Program-made: the position numbers and the translations under genes
Notes under the pieces: model-generated
The model's database searches: none
Told to the model about the DNA's origin: nothing
The model's input: the letters and a program-made list of their open reading frames with translations, nothing else
Origin: an uncultured Thermotogae bacterium
GTDB lineage: Bacteria > Bipolaricaulota > Bipolaricaulia > UBA7950 > UBA9294
DNA: 59,799 nt
Direction of reading: 5' to 3'
Assembly: GCA_964355545.1 (NCBI GenBank)
Contig: CAYHEK010000001.1
Location: 7,478-67,276, forward strand
In this document: positions 9,263-18,275 of the stretch, in pieces
Position numbering within the stretch: the stretch's first letter is position 1
Layout of the letters: each line of letters opens with the position of its first letter

Positions 9263-9808
9263 TCACCAGGAGACCTCCTCAAGAGAGATATCCTGATTCG
9301 TGTAGATGTCGATCGCCCCTGCGATCTCAAGCGAGCGGCGCGCAATCTCCACGATCGATACGTTCCCGACGCTCTGGAAGGCACGCGCTGCGGCCAGGGC
9401 GTACGGCCCGCCGGTCCCGATCCCGACCACCCCTTCGTCCGGCTCGAGGACATCCCCGGAGCCAGAGATCATCAGGATCCCCTCCTCGCTCACGGTCACG
9501 AGCACCGCCTCAAGGTCGCGCAGGATCTGGTCCGTGCGCCATTCCTTGGTCAGCTCCACCGCGGAACGGCGCAGCCGTCCGTCGTACTTCTTCAGCTTCC
9601 CCTCAAACTTGTCGAGGAGGGCGAGGCAGTCGGCGGTCGCTCCGGCGAAACCGGCAAGGACACGCCCTTCGTACAGGCGGTAGACCTTCTTCGTGTTGCT
9701 CTTGATGACCGTTGTGTCCAGGGTCGCCTGGCCGTCACTCGCGATGACTCCTCGACGCTCGGCATCCGATCGAATGGCGAGGATCGTCGTGCTTCTCAAG
9801 TTCAGCAT
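9263..9808 (-). CDS. hslV: ATP-dependent protease subunit HslV
   Basis: ATG at 9808. STTILAIRSD N-terminal Thr nucleophile region. Located immediately upstream of hslU. Confidence 0.9.
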   Translation of the reverse strand: MLNLRSTTILAIRSDAERRGVIASDGQATLDTTVIKSNTKKVYRLYEGRVLAGFAGATADCLALLDKFEGKLKKYDGRLRRSAVELTKEWRTDQILRDLEAVLVTVSEEGILMISGSGDVLEPDEGVVGIGTGGPYALAAARAFQSVGNVSIVEIARRSLEIAGAIDIYTNQDISLEEVSW

Positions 9809-9822
9809 GTGATGAGGATAGT

Positions 9823-10356
9823 CTAGTCGACTCCCTGCGTGCGAGCAATCCCACCCAGGCGACAGCACGGGCAGACTTCTTCAACGCCGGTGAACGCCGC
9901 CCCGCAGGCGGGGCAGCGTTTCCCCCCACAGGAGAGGAGGGACTTCTCCCGAGCAAGGGTCGTCAAGTACAGCCGTTCGAAGGAACGGCGGAGCCGTTCC
10001 TCTTTGATCTCGCGGAAGAGGCTCTTTGCCCGTTCTCTATCTTCGGCCGAGAGGTCGATCTCTTTTCTTGTCGGTTCAGGCGAGAAGTAACCTGGGACGA
10101 AACGGATTGCACGCACGACGTTTTCTCCGAGGAGTTCATTGATTCGGCGAGTGTACTCGACCTCCAGGAAAGAAAGTTCGTGCGCGACCGATGGCGAACT
10201 CGTTTCGACCCACAAGGTGTCTTCAAAGAGGCGCAGCGCTCGACTGAGACGGGCGATTCGTTCTCCCGCGATCGCGGGCCACTCAGCGAGGACGCGCTGT
10301 ACCGCGTAGGTCTCCTCGAGTCTATACTTCCGCAAGACTTCTTCTACCCAGTTCAT
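9823..10356 (-). CDS. DUF721/DciA-like protein with C-terminal zinc ribbon
   Basis: WPAIAGERIARLSRALRLFEDTLWVETSSPSVAHELSF is the typical DUF721 core. The C-terminus has CPACG...CPCC. Next gene downstream of dnaA. Confidence 0.65.
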   Translation of the reverse strand: MNWVEEVLRKYRLEETYAVQRVLAEWPAIAGERIARLSRALRLFEDTLWVETSSPSVAHELSFLEVEYTRRINELLGENVVRAIRFVPGYFSPEPTRKEIDLSAEDRERAKSLFREIKEERLRRSFERLYLTTLAREKSLLSCGGKRCPACGAAFTGVEEVCPCCRLGGIARTQGVD

Positions 10357-10646
10357 TGGTTAATGTGGGTTGAGGTAGTAGGCCCCGAGCTCCCTTGTGG
10401 AAAACTTAACTTTGCGCGAACGGGTCTTTCCTTTCCCCTGTGAATAACCCTGGGGAAAAAATGGGAGGAGAACGAGACAGCGGTGGAAAGCGGCTGGGGA
10501 GAGGGGGGAGTCCCCGAACGCACAGGACTTTTCCACAAGAAAGGGCTCTTTTTCACCCTATTTCAGCCCCTTTTCCACAAGGTTTTCCACAGGATCGCGA
10601 CGTCGCCCTCCTCTCGGGAAGGCTCTTTTAAAGGACGTTTCCTCGT
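10357..10646. promoter_or_regulatory. DnaA-box cluster, candidate oriC
   Basis: Four perfect TTTTCCACA 9-mers: 10529-10537, 10571-10579 and 10583-10591 on +, and 10396-10404 as TGTGGAAAA. Near-matches at 10439-10447 (TGTGAATAA), 10482-10490 and 10550-10558. The region lies between dnaA and the DciA-like gene. Confidence 0.6.
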
Positions 10647-11996
10647 TCAAGGAGCCGAGAATCGAGCGCTCAGGCTCTCCTCAATCTCCTTGATCTCCGC
10701 GTGGAAGAGCGGGGTCTCCTCAATGAGTTCCTTAATCTTCGTGTAGGAGTGCATGATCGTCGTGTGGTCGCGGTTCCCGAACTGCTTAGCTATGGCGGGG
10801 AAGGAGGAGTTCGTCATCTCGCGCGCAACGTAGATCGCGATGTGCCGCGCCTGTGAGACCTCCTTTTTTCGAGTGGAGCCTTCTAGGTCGTGCCGTTTCA
10901 GGTGATAGCGTAAGGCAACTTCCTCTTTGATGTGGGCGATGGTCAAGCGCTCTCGCTTCCCCTCCTCGGGGAGCATCGCCTCCACGCTCCGCGGGGTGAG
11001 CTCTTCGCCCGCAAGCTCGGCGTAGGCAATCGCCTTCACGAGCGCCCCTTCTAGGGCGCGGATGTTTGAGGAGATACGGCTTGCGATCAGCTCGAGGATT
11101 GCGTCCTCAACCTGCAGGCCGCGATTTGACGCCTTCTCGCGCAGGATCGCGATGCGTGTCTCAAGGTCGGGCGCCTGGATGTCGGCGACTAGTCCCCAGC
11201 GGAAGCGAGAGACCAGGCGCTCCTGGAGGCCGGAGAGTTTCTCTGGTGAGCGGTCGCTCGACAGGACGATCTGTTTCTCGCTTCCGTAGAGCTCGTTGAA
11301 CGTGTGGAACAGCTCCTCTTGGGTCGCCTCCTTCCCTTCGAGGAAGTGGACGTCGTCGATCAAGAGGAGGTCGATCCGGCGGTACTTCTCTCGGAAGGAG
11401 CCCGTGGTGTTGTTGCGGATCGAGTTGATTAGTTCGATGGCGAAGCGCTCCGAGGTGGTGTAGACGACGGTCCGGCGCAGGCCGGAGGCGACGACGTGGT
11501 TCCCGATCGCCTGGAGGAGGTGAGTCTTCCCGAGGCCCACGTTTCCGTAGATAAATAGGGGGTTGTACGCCTTTCCAGGCGCCTCGGCGACGGCTATCGA
11601 CGCGGCGTAGGCGAGGTGGTTGCTCTTGCCGCGCACGAAGCGCGCGAAGGTGTAATCCGGGTTCAGGGGGAGCGTCTCCCGGAGCCGGCCGTGCGTCGCC
11701 TCCTCAGGACTGAGCTGCGGGGAATGTAGGACCTCCGCACCGGTGGAGTTGACCTCGATCTCGACGTGGATCTCCCGGCCGCAGGCGGCGGAGGTGAGCT
11801 TCTCGAGCAGCGTGCGGTAGCGGCGTTCGATCCCGCCTTTGGTGAACGCATCCGGGGTCGCGATCAGAAGTGAGGTCTCGGTCAGTCGCAGGGGTCGGAC
11901 CTTGGAGAACCAGGTCTCGAAGCTGGTGCGCGAGATCTCCTTCTCGAGGTTAGACTGGACCGTCTTCCAGGTGGTAACGGCGAGGTCGTCGCTCAT
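10647..11996 (-). CDS. dnaA: chromosomal replication initiator DnaA
   Basis: AAA+ Walker A GNVGLGKTHLLQAIG, box VII, and C-terminal DNA-binding domain (IAKQFGNRDHTTIMHSYTKI). Confidence 0.97.
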   Translation of the reverse strand: MSDDLAVTTWKTVQSNLEKEISRTSFETWFSKVRPLRLTETSLLIATPDAFTKGGIERRYRTLLEKLTSAACGREIHVEIEVNSTGAEVLHSPQLSPEEATHGRLRETLPLNPDYTFARFVRGKSNHLAYAASIAVAEAPGKAYNPLFIYGNVGLGKTHLLQAIGNHVVASGLRRTVVYTTSERFAIELINSIRNNTTGSFREKYRRIDLLLIDDVHFLEGKEATQEELFHTFNELYGSEKQIVLSSDRSPEKLSGLQERLVSRFRWGLVADIQAPDLETRIAILREKASNRGLQVEDAILELIASRISSNIRALEGALVKAIAYAELAGEELTPRSVEAMLPEEGKRERLTIAHIKEEVALRYHLKRHDLEGSTRKKEVSQARHIAIYVAREMTNSSFPAIAKQFGNRDHTTIMHSYTKIKELIEETPLFHAEIKEIEESLSARFSAP

Positions 11997-12059
11997 CGGT
12001 TTCCCCTCATCTTAAGGCTCAGGATAGCGGGTCGAGAGTCAAGGCGTCAAGGAAAGGGC

Positions 12060-12135
12060 TGGTGCCGAGGCCCAGAGTCGAACTGGGGACACCGGTCTTT
12101 TCAGGGCCGTGCTCTACCAGCTGAGCTACCTCGGC
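12060..12135 (-). tRNA. tRNA-Phe (GAA), CCA encoded
   Basis: Hand-folded cloverleaf: acceptor GCCGAGG/CCTCGGC, anticodon loop CTGAAAA, T-loop TTCGACT. One C-A mismatch in the anticodon stem. Confidence 0.85.
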
Positions 12136-12145
12136 GCAAGAGCTG

Positions 12146-12221
12146 CGGGGACGACGGGATTTGAACCCGCGATCTCTGGAGTGACAATCCAGTGTCTTAG
12201 ACCAGACTAGACCACGTCCCC
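12146..12221 (-). tRNA. tRNA-Asp (GTC)
   Basis: Acceptor GGGGACG/CGTCCCC, anticodon loop TTGTCAC, T-loop TTCAAAT. No encoded CCA. Confidence 0.9.
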
Positions 12222-12239
12222 GAGACCATGGGCTCCACT

Positions 12240-12312
12240 TGGGCGAGACAGGACTCGAACCTGCGACCTTCCGGATGTAAGCCGGATGCTCTCCCAGCTG
12301 AGCTACTCGCCC
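12240..12312 (-). tRNA. tRNA-Val (TAC)
   Basis: Acceptor GGGCGAG/CTCGCCC, anticodon loop CTTACAT, T-loop TTCGAGT. No encoded CCA. Confidence 0.9.
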
Positions 12313-12347
12313 ATTATAGTTGTCCCTTGGGCCCTGCGCAACGCTTC

Positions 12348-12420
12348 CGTCCCCAAGGGGATTTGAACCCCTGTCGCCGGGATGAAAGCCCGGTATCCTG
12401 GGCCACTAGATGATGGGGAC
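12348..12420 (-). tRNA. tRNA-Glu (TTC)
   Basis: Acceptor GTCCCCA/TGGGGAC, anticodon loop CTTTCAT, T-loop TTCAAAT. No encoded CCA. Confidence 0.9.
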
Positions 12421-12468
12421 AAACTGCGATCGGATTATAGGAACCTAGACTTGTGATTTCAATTGCGA

Positions 12469-12540
12469 TGGGTCGTGCTGGATTCGAACCAGCGGCCCCC
12501 TGATTAAAAGTCAGGTGCTCTTCCTCTGAGCTAACGACCC
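12469..12540 (-). tRNA. tRNA-Lys (TTT)
   Basis: Acceptor GGGTCGT/ACGACCC, anticodon loop CTTTTAA, T-loop TTCGAAT. No encoded CCA. Confidence 0.9.
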
Positions 12541-12558
12541 AGATATGTCCACAAACAG

Positions 12559-12632
12559 TGGGTCGTGCAGGACTCGAACCTGCAGCCGACGGATTAAGAG
12601 TCCGTTGCTCTGCCAAATTGAGCTAACGACCC
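12559..12632 (-). tRNA. tRNA-Lys (CTT)
   Basis: Acceptor GGGTCGT/ACGACCC, anticodon loop CTCTTAA, T-loop TTCGAGT. No encoded CCA. Confidence 0.9.
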
Positions 12633-12712
12633 GCGGTTTGCCTCATCTTACGGAATGCTTCTTTTTTCGTCAAGGGTTGTTGAGAACGCGCACAATCCGC
12701 TACGATGGAGGT

Positions 12713-14023
12713 ATGGACCCTCTTCGGTTCGGGGAAGGGCGCGAGGCGCCTCTCGCGGAGAGGATGAGGCCGACCGACCTTGACGAGATCGCTGGCCAGG
12801 AAGAGATCCTCGGGAAGGGACGGCCGTTGCGGACCCTGATCGAGCGGGGAGACTACCGGTCGTTCCTCTTCTGGGGACCTCCCGGGACCGGGAAGACGAC
12901 GGTCGGGCGAATCCTCGCTCGGCGCGCGCACGCCCGCTTCGTGCACCTCTCCGCGGCCCTGACTGGGGTAAAGGAGGTCCGCGCGACGCTCGAACGCTCG
13001 CGCGAGTGCCACCTCTCGGAGGGACGGCGCGACATCCTCTTCCTCGACGAGGTCCACCGCTTCACCCGCGCCCAGCAGGATGTCCTCCTCCCGTACCTTG
13101 AAGAAGGGAGCGTCATCTTCATTGGAGCGACCACGGAGAACCCCTCCTTCGCCCTCTCCGCGGCGCTCCTGTCGCGCTGCCAGCTCTTCTGTTTTTCTCC
13201 TCTCTTAGAGGAGGAGATGTGCGCGGTCCTGCGTCGAGCCGTGGAGGACCCCCGGGGTCTCGGCGGCCGCTACGAGTTGACGGACAAAGCGGAGGAGGTG
13301 CTCGTCCATCTCTCGGACGGGGACGCCCGGCGCGCCCTCACAACCCTCGAGCTTGCAAGTTCCATCGCTTCAGGGAAGAGGATCGATGCCGAGCTTGTCG
13401 AGCAGGCCTTGCAGCGCAAGGGCCTGCGCTACGATCGCGCAGGCGAGGAGCACTACAACCTCATCTCAGCCCTACACAAATCCGTTCGCAATTCGGACCC
13501 CGATGCGGCCCTGTACTGGCTCGTGCGGATGATCGAGGCGGGAGAGGACCCGCGCTACTTGGCGCGGAGGCTCGTCCGGATGGCCTGCGAGGACATCGGC
13601 CTCGCGGATCCCCAGGGGCTCTACGTGGCCCTCGCCGCGCGGGAGGCGGTGGAGGCGGTCGGCCTCCCTGAGTGCGACCTCGCTCTCGCTCAGGCCGCGG
13701 TCTATCTTGCCTGCGCGCCCAAGAGCAACGCCCTCTACGTCGGCGTGGGGGAGGCGAGGAAGGATGTCTTGGAGAGACCGGACGAACCGGTCCCTCTGCA
13801 CCTGCGGAATGCCCCCACGGCCTTGATGAAGGGGCTCGGGTACGGAAGGGGCTACCAGTACGCCCACGACCTCGAGGAAGGAGTAGCGCACATGGACTGC
13901 CTTCCCCCTTCCTTAGAGGAGAGGCGGTACTACCGACCGAAAGGGCTTGGGCTGGAGAAAACCCTCGCCGAGCGGCTGGAGCGGATCCGAAAAGCAAGAG
14001 AAGACGAGGGCACGACGGCCTAG
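12713..14023 (+). CDS. rarA: replication-associated recombination protein A (MgsA/RarA AAA+ ATPase)
   Basis: ATG at 12713 after GGAGG. PLAERMRPTDLDEIAGQEEILG, Walker A GPPGTGKTT, and a C-terminal MgsA domain (YQYAHD). Confidence 0.92.
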   Translation: MDPLRFGEGREAPLAERMRPTDLDEIAGQEEILGKGRPLRTLIERGDYRSFLFWGPPGTGKTTVGRILARRAHARFVHLSAALTGVKEVRATLERSRECHLSEGRRDILFLDEVHRFTRAQQDVLLPYLEEGSVIFIGATTENPSFALSAALLSRCQLFCFSPLLEEEMCAVLRRAVEDPRGLGGRYELTDKAEEVLVHLSDGDARRALTTLELASSIASGKRIDAELVEQALQRKGLRYDRAGEEHYNLISALHKSVRNSDPDAALYWLVRMIEAGEDPRYLARRLVRMACEDIGLADPQGLYVALAAREAVEAVGLPECDLALAQAAVYLACAPKSNALYVGVGEARKDVLERPDEPVPLHLRNAPTALMKGLGYGRGYQYAHDLEEGVAHMDCLPPSLEERRYYRPKGLGLEKTLAERLERIRKAREDEGTTA

Positions 14024-14083
14024 GAATGATCGCCGCCTAGACCTGACCAGAAGAGGCGGTCTCCTTCGTGGGCGCCCGTGGCC

Positions 14084-14263
14084 CTACTTCTTCTCTTCCT
14101 TCTTCTTCTCCTCGCGATCGAGGAACTGCAAGATGGCTTCTACGACGAGGTAGTTGATCGACCGTTCCTTGGTCTCGGAGAGCTTGGAGAGACGCTCCAC
14201 CGGGCGCTTGGTCATCTTGCTCTTGGGAACGTAGATCGATAAGGTATTCACCCTGTTGACCAT
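14084..14263 (-). CDS. ribbon-helix-helix (CopG/Arc-like) DNA-binding protein
   Basis: 59 aa from the ATG at 14263, with a GGGGG Shine-Dalgarno 8 nt upstream. N-terminal beta-strand (LSIYVPKS) plus two helices and a Lys/Glu tail. Confidence 0.6.
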   Translation of the reverse strand: MVNRVNTLSIYVPKSKMTKRPVERLSKLSETKERSINYLVVEAILQFLDREEKKKEEKK

Positions 14264-14353
14264 AGTCTGCACCCCCTTTCACGTGTATCAACCATACTAC
14301 AACAGACACCCCATGACAAGGGGGGCCTTCCCGGAGGCAGCCGTCTCGATAGA

Positions 14354-14677
14354 ATGAACAGGATGGAACGGCGAGTGCATGTGGCCGTGTCGGGGCGAGT
14401 TCAGGGAGTCTACTTCCGCGCGAACACGCGGGAGCGCGCCCAGGCACTCGGGCTCTCCGGTTGGGTGCGCAACCTCCCCGATGGTCGGGTCGAGATCGTC
14501 GCTCGGGGAGAAGAAGAGAGGCTCTCCCAGTTCCTTTCCTGGGTGCGGGTCGGCCCGCCGGCCGCCCGGGTGGAGCAGGTGGAGGTGGAATGGTCAGAGC
14601 CGCGCGGGGAGAGGGACTTCGCCGTCCGGCGGGACGAGGGAGACCTCACCCTTTCTTCTGATAGACGTAGCGCTTGA
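14354..14677 (+). CDS. acyP: acylphosphatase
   Basis: VHVAVSGRVQGVYFRANTRERAQALGLSGWVRNLPDGRVEIVARG is the canonical acylphosphatase signature. Confidence 0.9.
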   Translation: MNRMERRVHVAVSGRVQGVYFRANTRERAQALGLSGWVRNLPDGRVEIVARGEEERLSQFLSWVRVGPPAARVEQVEVEWSEPRGERDFAVRRDEGDLTLSSDRRSA

Positions 14678-16289
14678 TGTCGAGCTTCACGCTCTTCTCG
14701 AACGGCTGCTCGACCAAGGAGACGCAGTCTTTGTTCTTGATTCGCTTGAACAGGGCAAGGTTCTCGCTCCGCTCCTTGATCTCCTCCCAGAGGGCGTCGA
14801 GAGCCCTCTCGAGATCAGAGATGCCGCGCTTCTTGAGGACTGTCCAGTTTGGGTAAATCATGGCGCACACGGCTGGGGCCCCCTGGCGCTCTCCTTCGTA
14901 GACCATGATCTCCTCGATCGCGGGGATGTTCAGAAGCTCCCATTCGATCTCCTCCGGATAGACGTTCTTTCCCGTGTCGAGGACGATCACGTTCTTCGCG
15001 CGGCCGGAGAGGACGAGCCGGCCATCGACGTCCAGGCGGCCGAGGTCGCCGGTGTGGAACCACCCGTCCGCGTCGATGACGGCCGAGGTCGCCGTCGGAT
15101 TCTTGTAGTAGCCGGCCATCACGTTTGGCCCGCGGGCGAGGACCTCGCCGATTCCGTTCTCATCTGGGCGATCGATTCGCAGTTTTACTCCGTCGATGGG
15201 AGTCATCCCCGGCCGGGCGGCGAAGGCCTCGCACAGGGTGAGGAGGGGAGCGGTCTCCGTGAGGCCGTATCCTTCCATGATTCCCATTCCCATGCGACGA
15301 AATCCCGCCGCCACCTCGGGGCTTAAGGGGGCCCCGCCCGAGGTGAAGAAGCGGAAATCCTTTCCAAGGAGCTTTCGCTTCACGAGCTTCCCCATCAGGG
15401 TTGGAGAGAGCCGGTCGAGCGTCCGCTTGAAGAGTCCTTTCTCGATCGACTCGCGGATCTTTCCATACAGGACGTGATAGAGTTTAGGGACTCCCAGGAG
15501 GATCGTGGGCCTTGCCTTCAACATCACCTCCTGGAGGTTCCGGTCGACCGGAGCGTACGTTGTGGCTCCTCCGGCGAGGAGCGGGCTGATGAGGGTCATT
15601 GTCAGTCCGTATATGTGGTGCCAGGGGACGATGGAGAGGAAGCGGTCCTTAGGGGAGAGGGCGACCGCCCGGACCGCAGTGAGGGCGTTGGAGGAGATGT
15701 TCGTGTGGGTGAGCATGGCGCCCTTTGCGTTCGCCGTCGTCCCGGAGGTATACATGAGGACCGCGAGGTCGTTCGGGGAGACCGCGACCAGCGGGAGGAG
15801 TTGGCGATCCACAAGGAGCGCGTCGAGGAAGTGAACGTCCTCCTTTTCTAGCCGATCCATGGAGACGAGAGAAAGATGAGGAAGAGAACGCTCTTTCACC
15901 TCCAAGAGGTCGGGAATCTTCCCGCCGGAGGCGACGGCTCCGAAGACCTCGGCCTCGGTGAGGATCCTCTCGATCTCGCCCGGCTGCAGCTCCGGGTCGA
16001 GAGGGACCACGACCGCCCCACAGCGAAGGATGCCGAAGAAGGCGGTCGCCCACGCGGCGCGCGGCTTGGAGATGAGGGCAACCTTGTCGCCCCTCTTCAC
16101 GCCGAGTTCGACGAGGGCCGCGGCGAAGCGACCGGCCATCTCCTCGAGCCTCCCGAAGGAGATCTCATTTAGAATGAGGCGAACTCCGCGACCGCGCTTG
16201 CGCTCCTTCGGGATCGGCATGCACAGAGCCACCCGGTCCCGATGGGCAGCCACCGCCTCGTTGAATAGATCGTTGATCGTCGGATACAT
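14646..16289 (-). CDS. AMP-dependent acyl-CoA synthetase/ligase (long-chain fatty-acid--CoA ligase-like)
   Basis: AMP-binding motif MYTSGTTANAKGAMLTH, then GYGLTE, then WFHTGDLG. Convergently overlaps the acyP 3' end by 32 nt. Confidence 0.88.
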   Translation of the reverse strand: MYPTINDLFNEAVAAHRDRVALCMPIPKERKRGRGVRLILNEISFGRLEEMAGRFAAALVELGVKRGDKVALISKPRAAWATAFFGILRCGAVVVPLDPELQPGEIERILTEAEVFGAVASGGKIPDLLEVKERSLPHLSLVSMDRLEKEDVHFLDALLVDRQLLPLVAVSPNDLAVLMYTSGTTANAKGAMLTHTNISSNALTAVRAVALSPKDRFLSIVPWHHIYGLTMTLISPLLAGGATTYAPVDRNLQEVMLKARPTILLGVPKLYHVLYGKIRESIEKGLFKRTLDRLSPTLMGKLVKRKLLGKDFRFFTSGGAPLSPEVAAGFRRMGMGIMEGYGLTETAPLLTLCEAFAARPGMTPIDGVKLRIDRPDENGIGEVLARGPNVMAGYYKNPTATSAVIDADGWFHTGDLGRLDVDGRLVLSGRAKNVIVLDTGKNVYPEEIEWELLNIPAIEEIMVYEGERQGAPAVCAMIYPNWTVLKKRGISDLERALDALWEEIKERSENLALFKRIKNKDCVSLVEQPFEKSVKLDIKRYVYQKKG

Positions 16290-16309
16290 GCTTCCCTCCT
16301 TCGATGTGC

Positions 16310-16525
16310 CTACGGGAGGTCGAAATCCTCGAGGGTGAAGACCCCCCGGGCCTCCTCGATGACCTTTTGGATCTTGAGCTTCGCCTGGTCGAGATCGGCC
16401 TTGATCTTCGCAGCGAGGGAGATCCCCTCCTCGAACAGGGCGAGGGCTTCCTCCAAGGGAAGGGCTTCCTCCTCCAAGCGCCGCGTGATCCCTTCTAGCC
16501 TTGTCAAGGCCTCATCGATCTTCAA
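16310..16525 (-). CDS. xseB: exodeoxyribonuclease VII small subunit
   Basis: 71-aa helical protein (LEEALALFEEGISLAAKIKADLDQAKLKI). A 4-nt overlap couples it to xseA. Confidence 0.88.
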   Translation of the reverse strand: MKIDEALTRLEGITRRLEEEALPLEEALALFEEGISLAAKIKADLDQAKLKIQKVIEEARGVFTLEDFDLP

Positions 16526-17742
16526 TTCTGCGCTACCTCCTCGACCTGCGAGAGGATCTTCCCTTTCAGTAAGAGGGTTTCGATCCTCTCTCCCGCAAAA
16601 ACAAGGGAGGGATCGCGCAACGGGGTGGGGTTCCCGAGGGAGAAGGTAAGGGAGTACCCCCGCCGGAGGGGAAAGTACGGGTCGACCAGTCGCAGGAGAC
16701 CCTCAAGCCGCGCCGCCTCTTGTTCCCGCTTCCTCCAGGTGCCGGCGGCCGCGCGGAGGAGTTCTCCCAAGCGCAGGTCGAGCCCTTGGCTAGCGGTCTC
16801 CGCCGCTTTGCTCGGGATACGGAAGATGTACGCTTTCAGGGCGGTCTCGAGGGTTCTCTTCCGGCGTTCGAGAGCCGCGCGCGCGGCGCGAAGGGCGCGA
16901 GAGAGAAGACGAGAGAGAGAGGCGAGGACCTCGCTTCGGTCTGGGACCGCGAGTTCGGCGGCTGCCGACGGGGTGGGGGCGCGCAGGTCGGCGACGAAGT
17001 CGGCGATCGTGAAGTCGATCTCGTGTCCGACAGCCGAGACGACGGGGACCGGCGAAGCGGCGATCGCTCGGGCGACCCGCTCGTCGTTGAAGGGTGAGAG
17101 GTCCTCGAACGATCCGCCGCCGCGGCCGACGATCAAGAGCTCAAGTGGCTCCCGCGTCCGGCTGAAGGCGTCCGCGCGGGCGATCGCGGCGACGAGCTCC
17201 TCCGGGGCGGACTCGCCCTGCACGGAGCTTGGGAAGAGGTAAACTTCGACAAGAGGCCAGCGCCGTTTGAGAACGGAGAGGATGTCACGGATCGCCGCGC
17301 CGCTCGGCGAGGTGACGAGGCCGATCCGCGTGGGAAAGGGTGGGAGCGCTCTCTTTCGTTTTGCGTCGAAGAGACCTTCCTTGGCGAGTCTCCTTTTCAA
17401 CTCTTCGAACGCGATCTGAGCCGCGCCCAGTCCGGCCGGCTGGAGGAGAGAGACAACGAACTGGTAGCGCCCACGCGGCTCGTAGATCGTCAGCCGGCCG
17501 TAGGCGAGAACGGAGATCCCGTCTTCGATGGCCATGGTGGGGAGGAGGTCCACGCGTCCCTTGAACCGGACCGCCGCGAGTTCCGACCCCTCGTCTTTCA
17601 ACGTGAAGTAGAGGTGTCCGGAGGGAGCGCGGACGAGGTTCGAGACCTCCCCCCTCACCCAGACCGGTCCTAGGCCCTCTTCGAGGAGCCCACGAGCCAC
17701 CCGATTCAGTTCGGAAACGCTGTACACTCGTTCCTCAAGCAT
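16522..17742 (-). CDS. xseA: exodeoxyribonuclease VII large subunit
   Basis: N-terminal OB fold (YSVSELNRVARGLLEE...VWVRGEVSN) and catalytic region (VSAVGHEIDFTIADFVADLRAPTPSAAAE). Confidence 0.92.
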   Translation of the reverse strand: MLEERVYSVSELNRVARGLLEEGLGPVWVRGEVSNLVRAPSGHLYFTLKDEGSELAAVRFKGRVDLLPTMAIEDGISVLAYGRLTIYEPRGRYQFVVSLLQPAGLGAAQIAFEELKRRLAKEGLFDAKRKRALPPFPTRIGLVTSPSGAAIRDILSVLKRRWPLVEVYLFPSSVQGESAPEELVAAIARADAFSRTREPLELLIVGRGGGSFEDLSPFNDERVARAIAASPVPVVSAVGHEIDFTIADFVADLRAPTPSAAAELAVPDRSEVLASLSRLLSRALRAARAALERRKRTLETALKAYIFRIPSKAAETASQGLDLRLGELLRAAAGTWRKREQEAARLEGLLRLVDPYFPLRRGYSLTFSLGNPTPLRDPSLVFAGERIETLLLKGKILSQVEEVAQN

Positions 17743-17795
17743 CTAGAACGAAGTGTATCTTGCCAGAGAGGAAAAGGGAAGAAGGAGGAGAAGTC

Positions 17796-18275
17796 TTGAA
17801 AGAAAGAGAGGGGGACGTTATAGTCTCCCCCGTGCACGCAGGTGGCGCTGGCCGGTTTCCCGTCACCGCGCGGCTCAAGAGAAGGTCTGACCTTTGGCGA
17901 GTCTATCGCTGCGGGGTGGCGCGAAGCGGGGTACTCTTCTCGCTTCACTTTCTTCCCCGCGAAGGAGAGGGGCGCCTGGGGATTCTCGTCCCGCGGCGGT
18001 GGGGGGCGGCCGTGGAGAGAAGCCGCGTGAAGCGGCTTCTGCGGGAGGCTTTTCGTCGCCATCGTAGGTTGTTCGCCGGGGTGGATCTCGTTGTCCGGCT
18101 GCACGAGGGCTGCAAGGGACGCCGCGCGGAGGAGGTCGAGCGGTTGCTCGTCGAGGAGTTCTGCGCGGCGCGCGACGTGGAGGTGAGCGATGAACAAGGA
18201 GAGGATCTTCCTGACCAAGGAGGGACACACCCTCATGCAGAAGGAACTGGACCTTGCGAAGAAGATCCTGTATGA
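17796..18275 (+). CDS. rnpA: ribonuclease P protein component
   Basis: RLKRRSDLWRVY...GILVPRRWGAAVERSRVKRLLREAFR matches the RnpA RNR motif. Start is uncertain: TTG at 17796 has GGAGG 7 nt upstream, GTG at 17832 is also possible. The 3' end overlaps greA by 86 nt. Confidence 0.65.
   Translation: MKEREGDVIVSPVHAGGAGRFPVTARLKRRSDLWRVYRCGVARSGVLFSLHFLPREGEGRLGILVPRRWGAAVERSRVKRLLREAFRRHRRLFAGVDLVVRLHEGCKGRRAEEVERLLVEEFCAARDVEVSDEQGEDLPDQGGTHPHAEGTGPCEEDPV

Noticed and set aside
12228-12616. ORFs 12228..12413 (+) and 12314..12616 (-) inside the tRNA array
   Set aside because: They are made of tRNA sequence. The cloverleaf folds explain the region completely.
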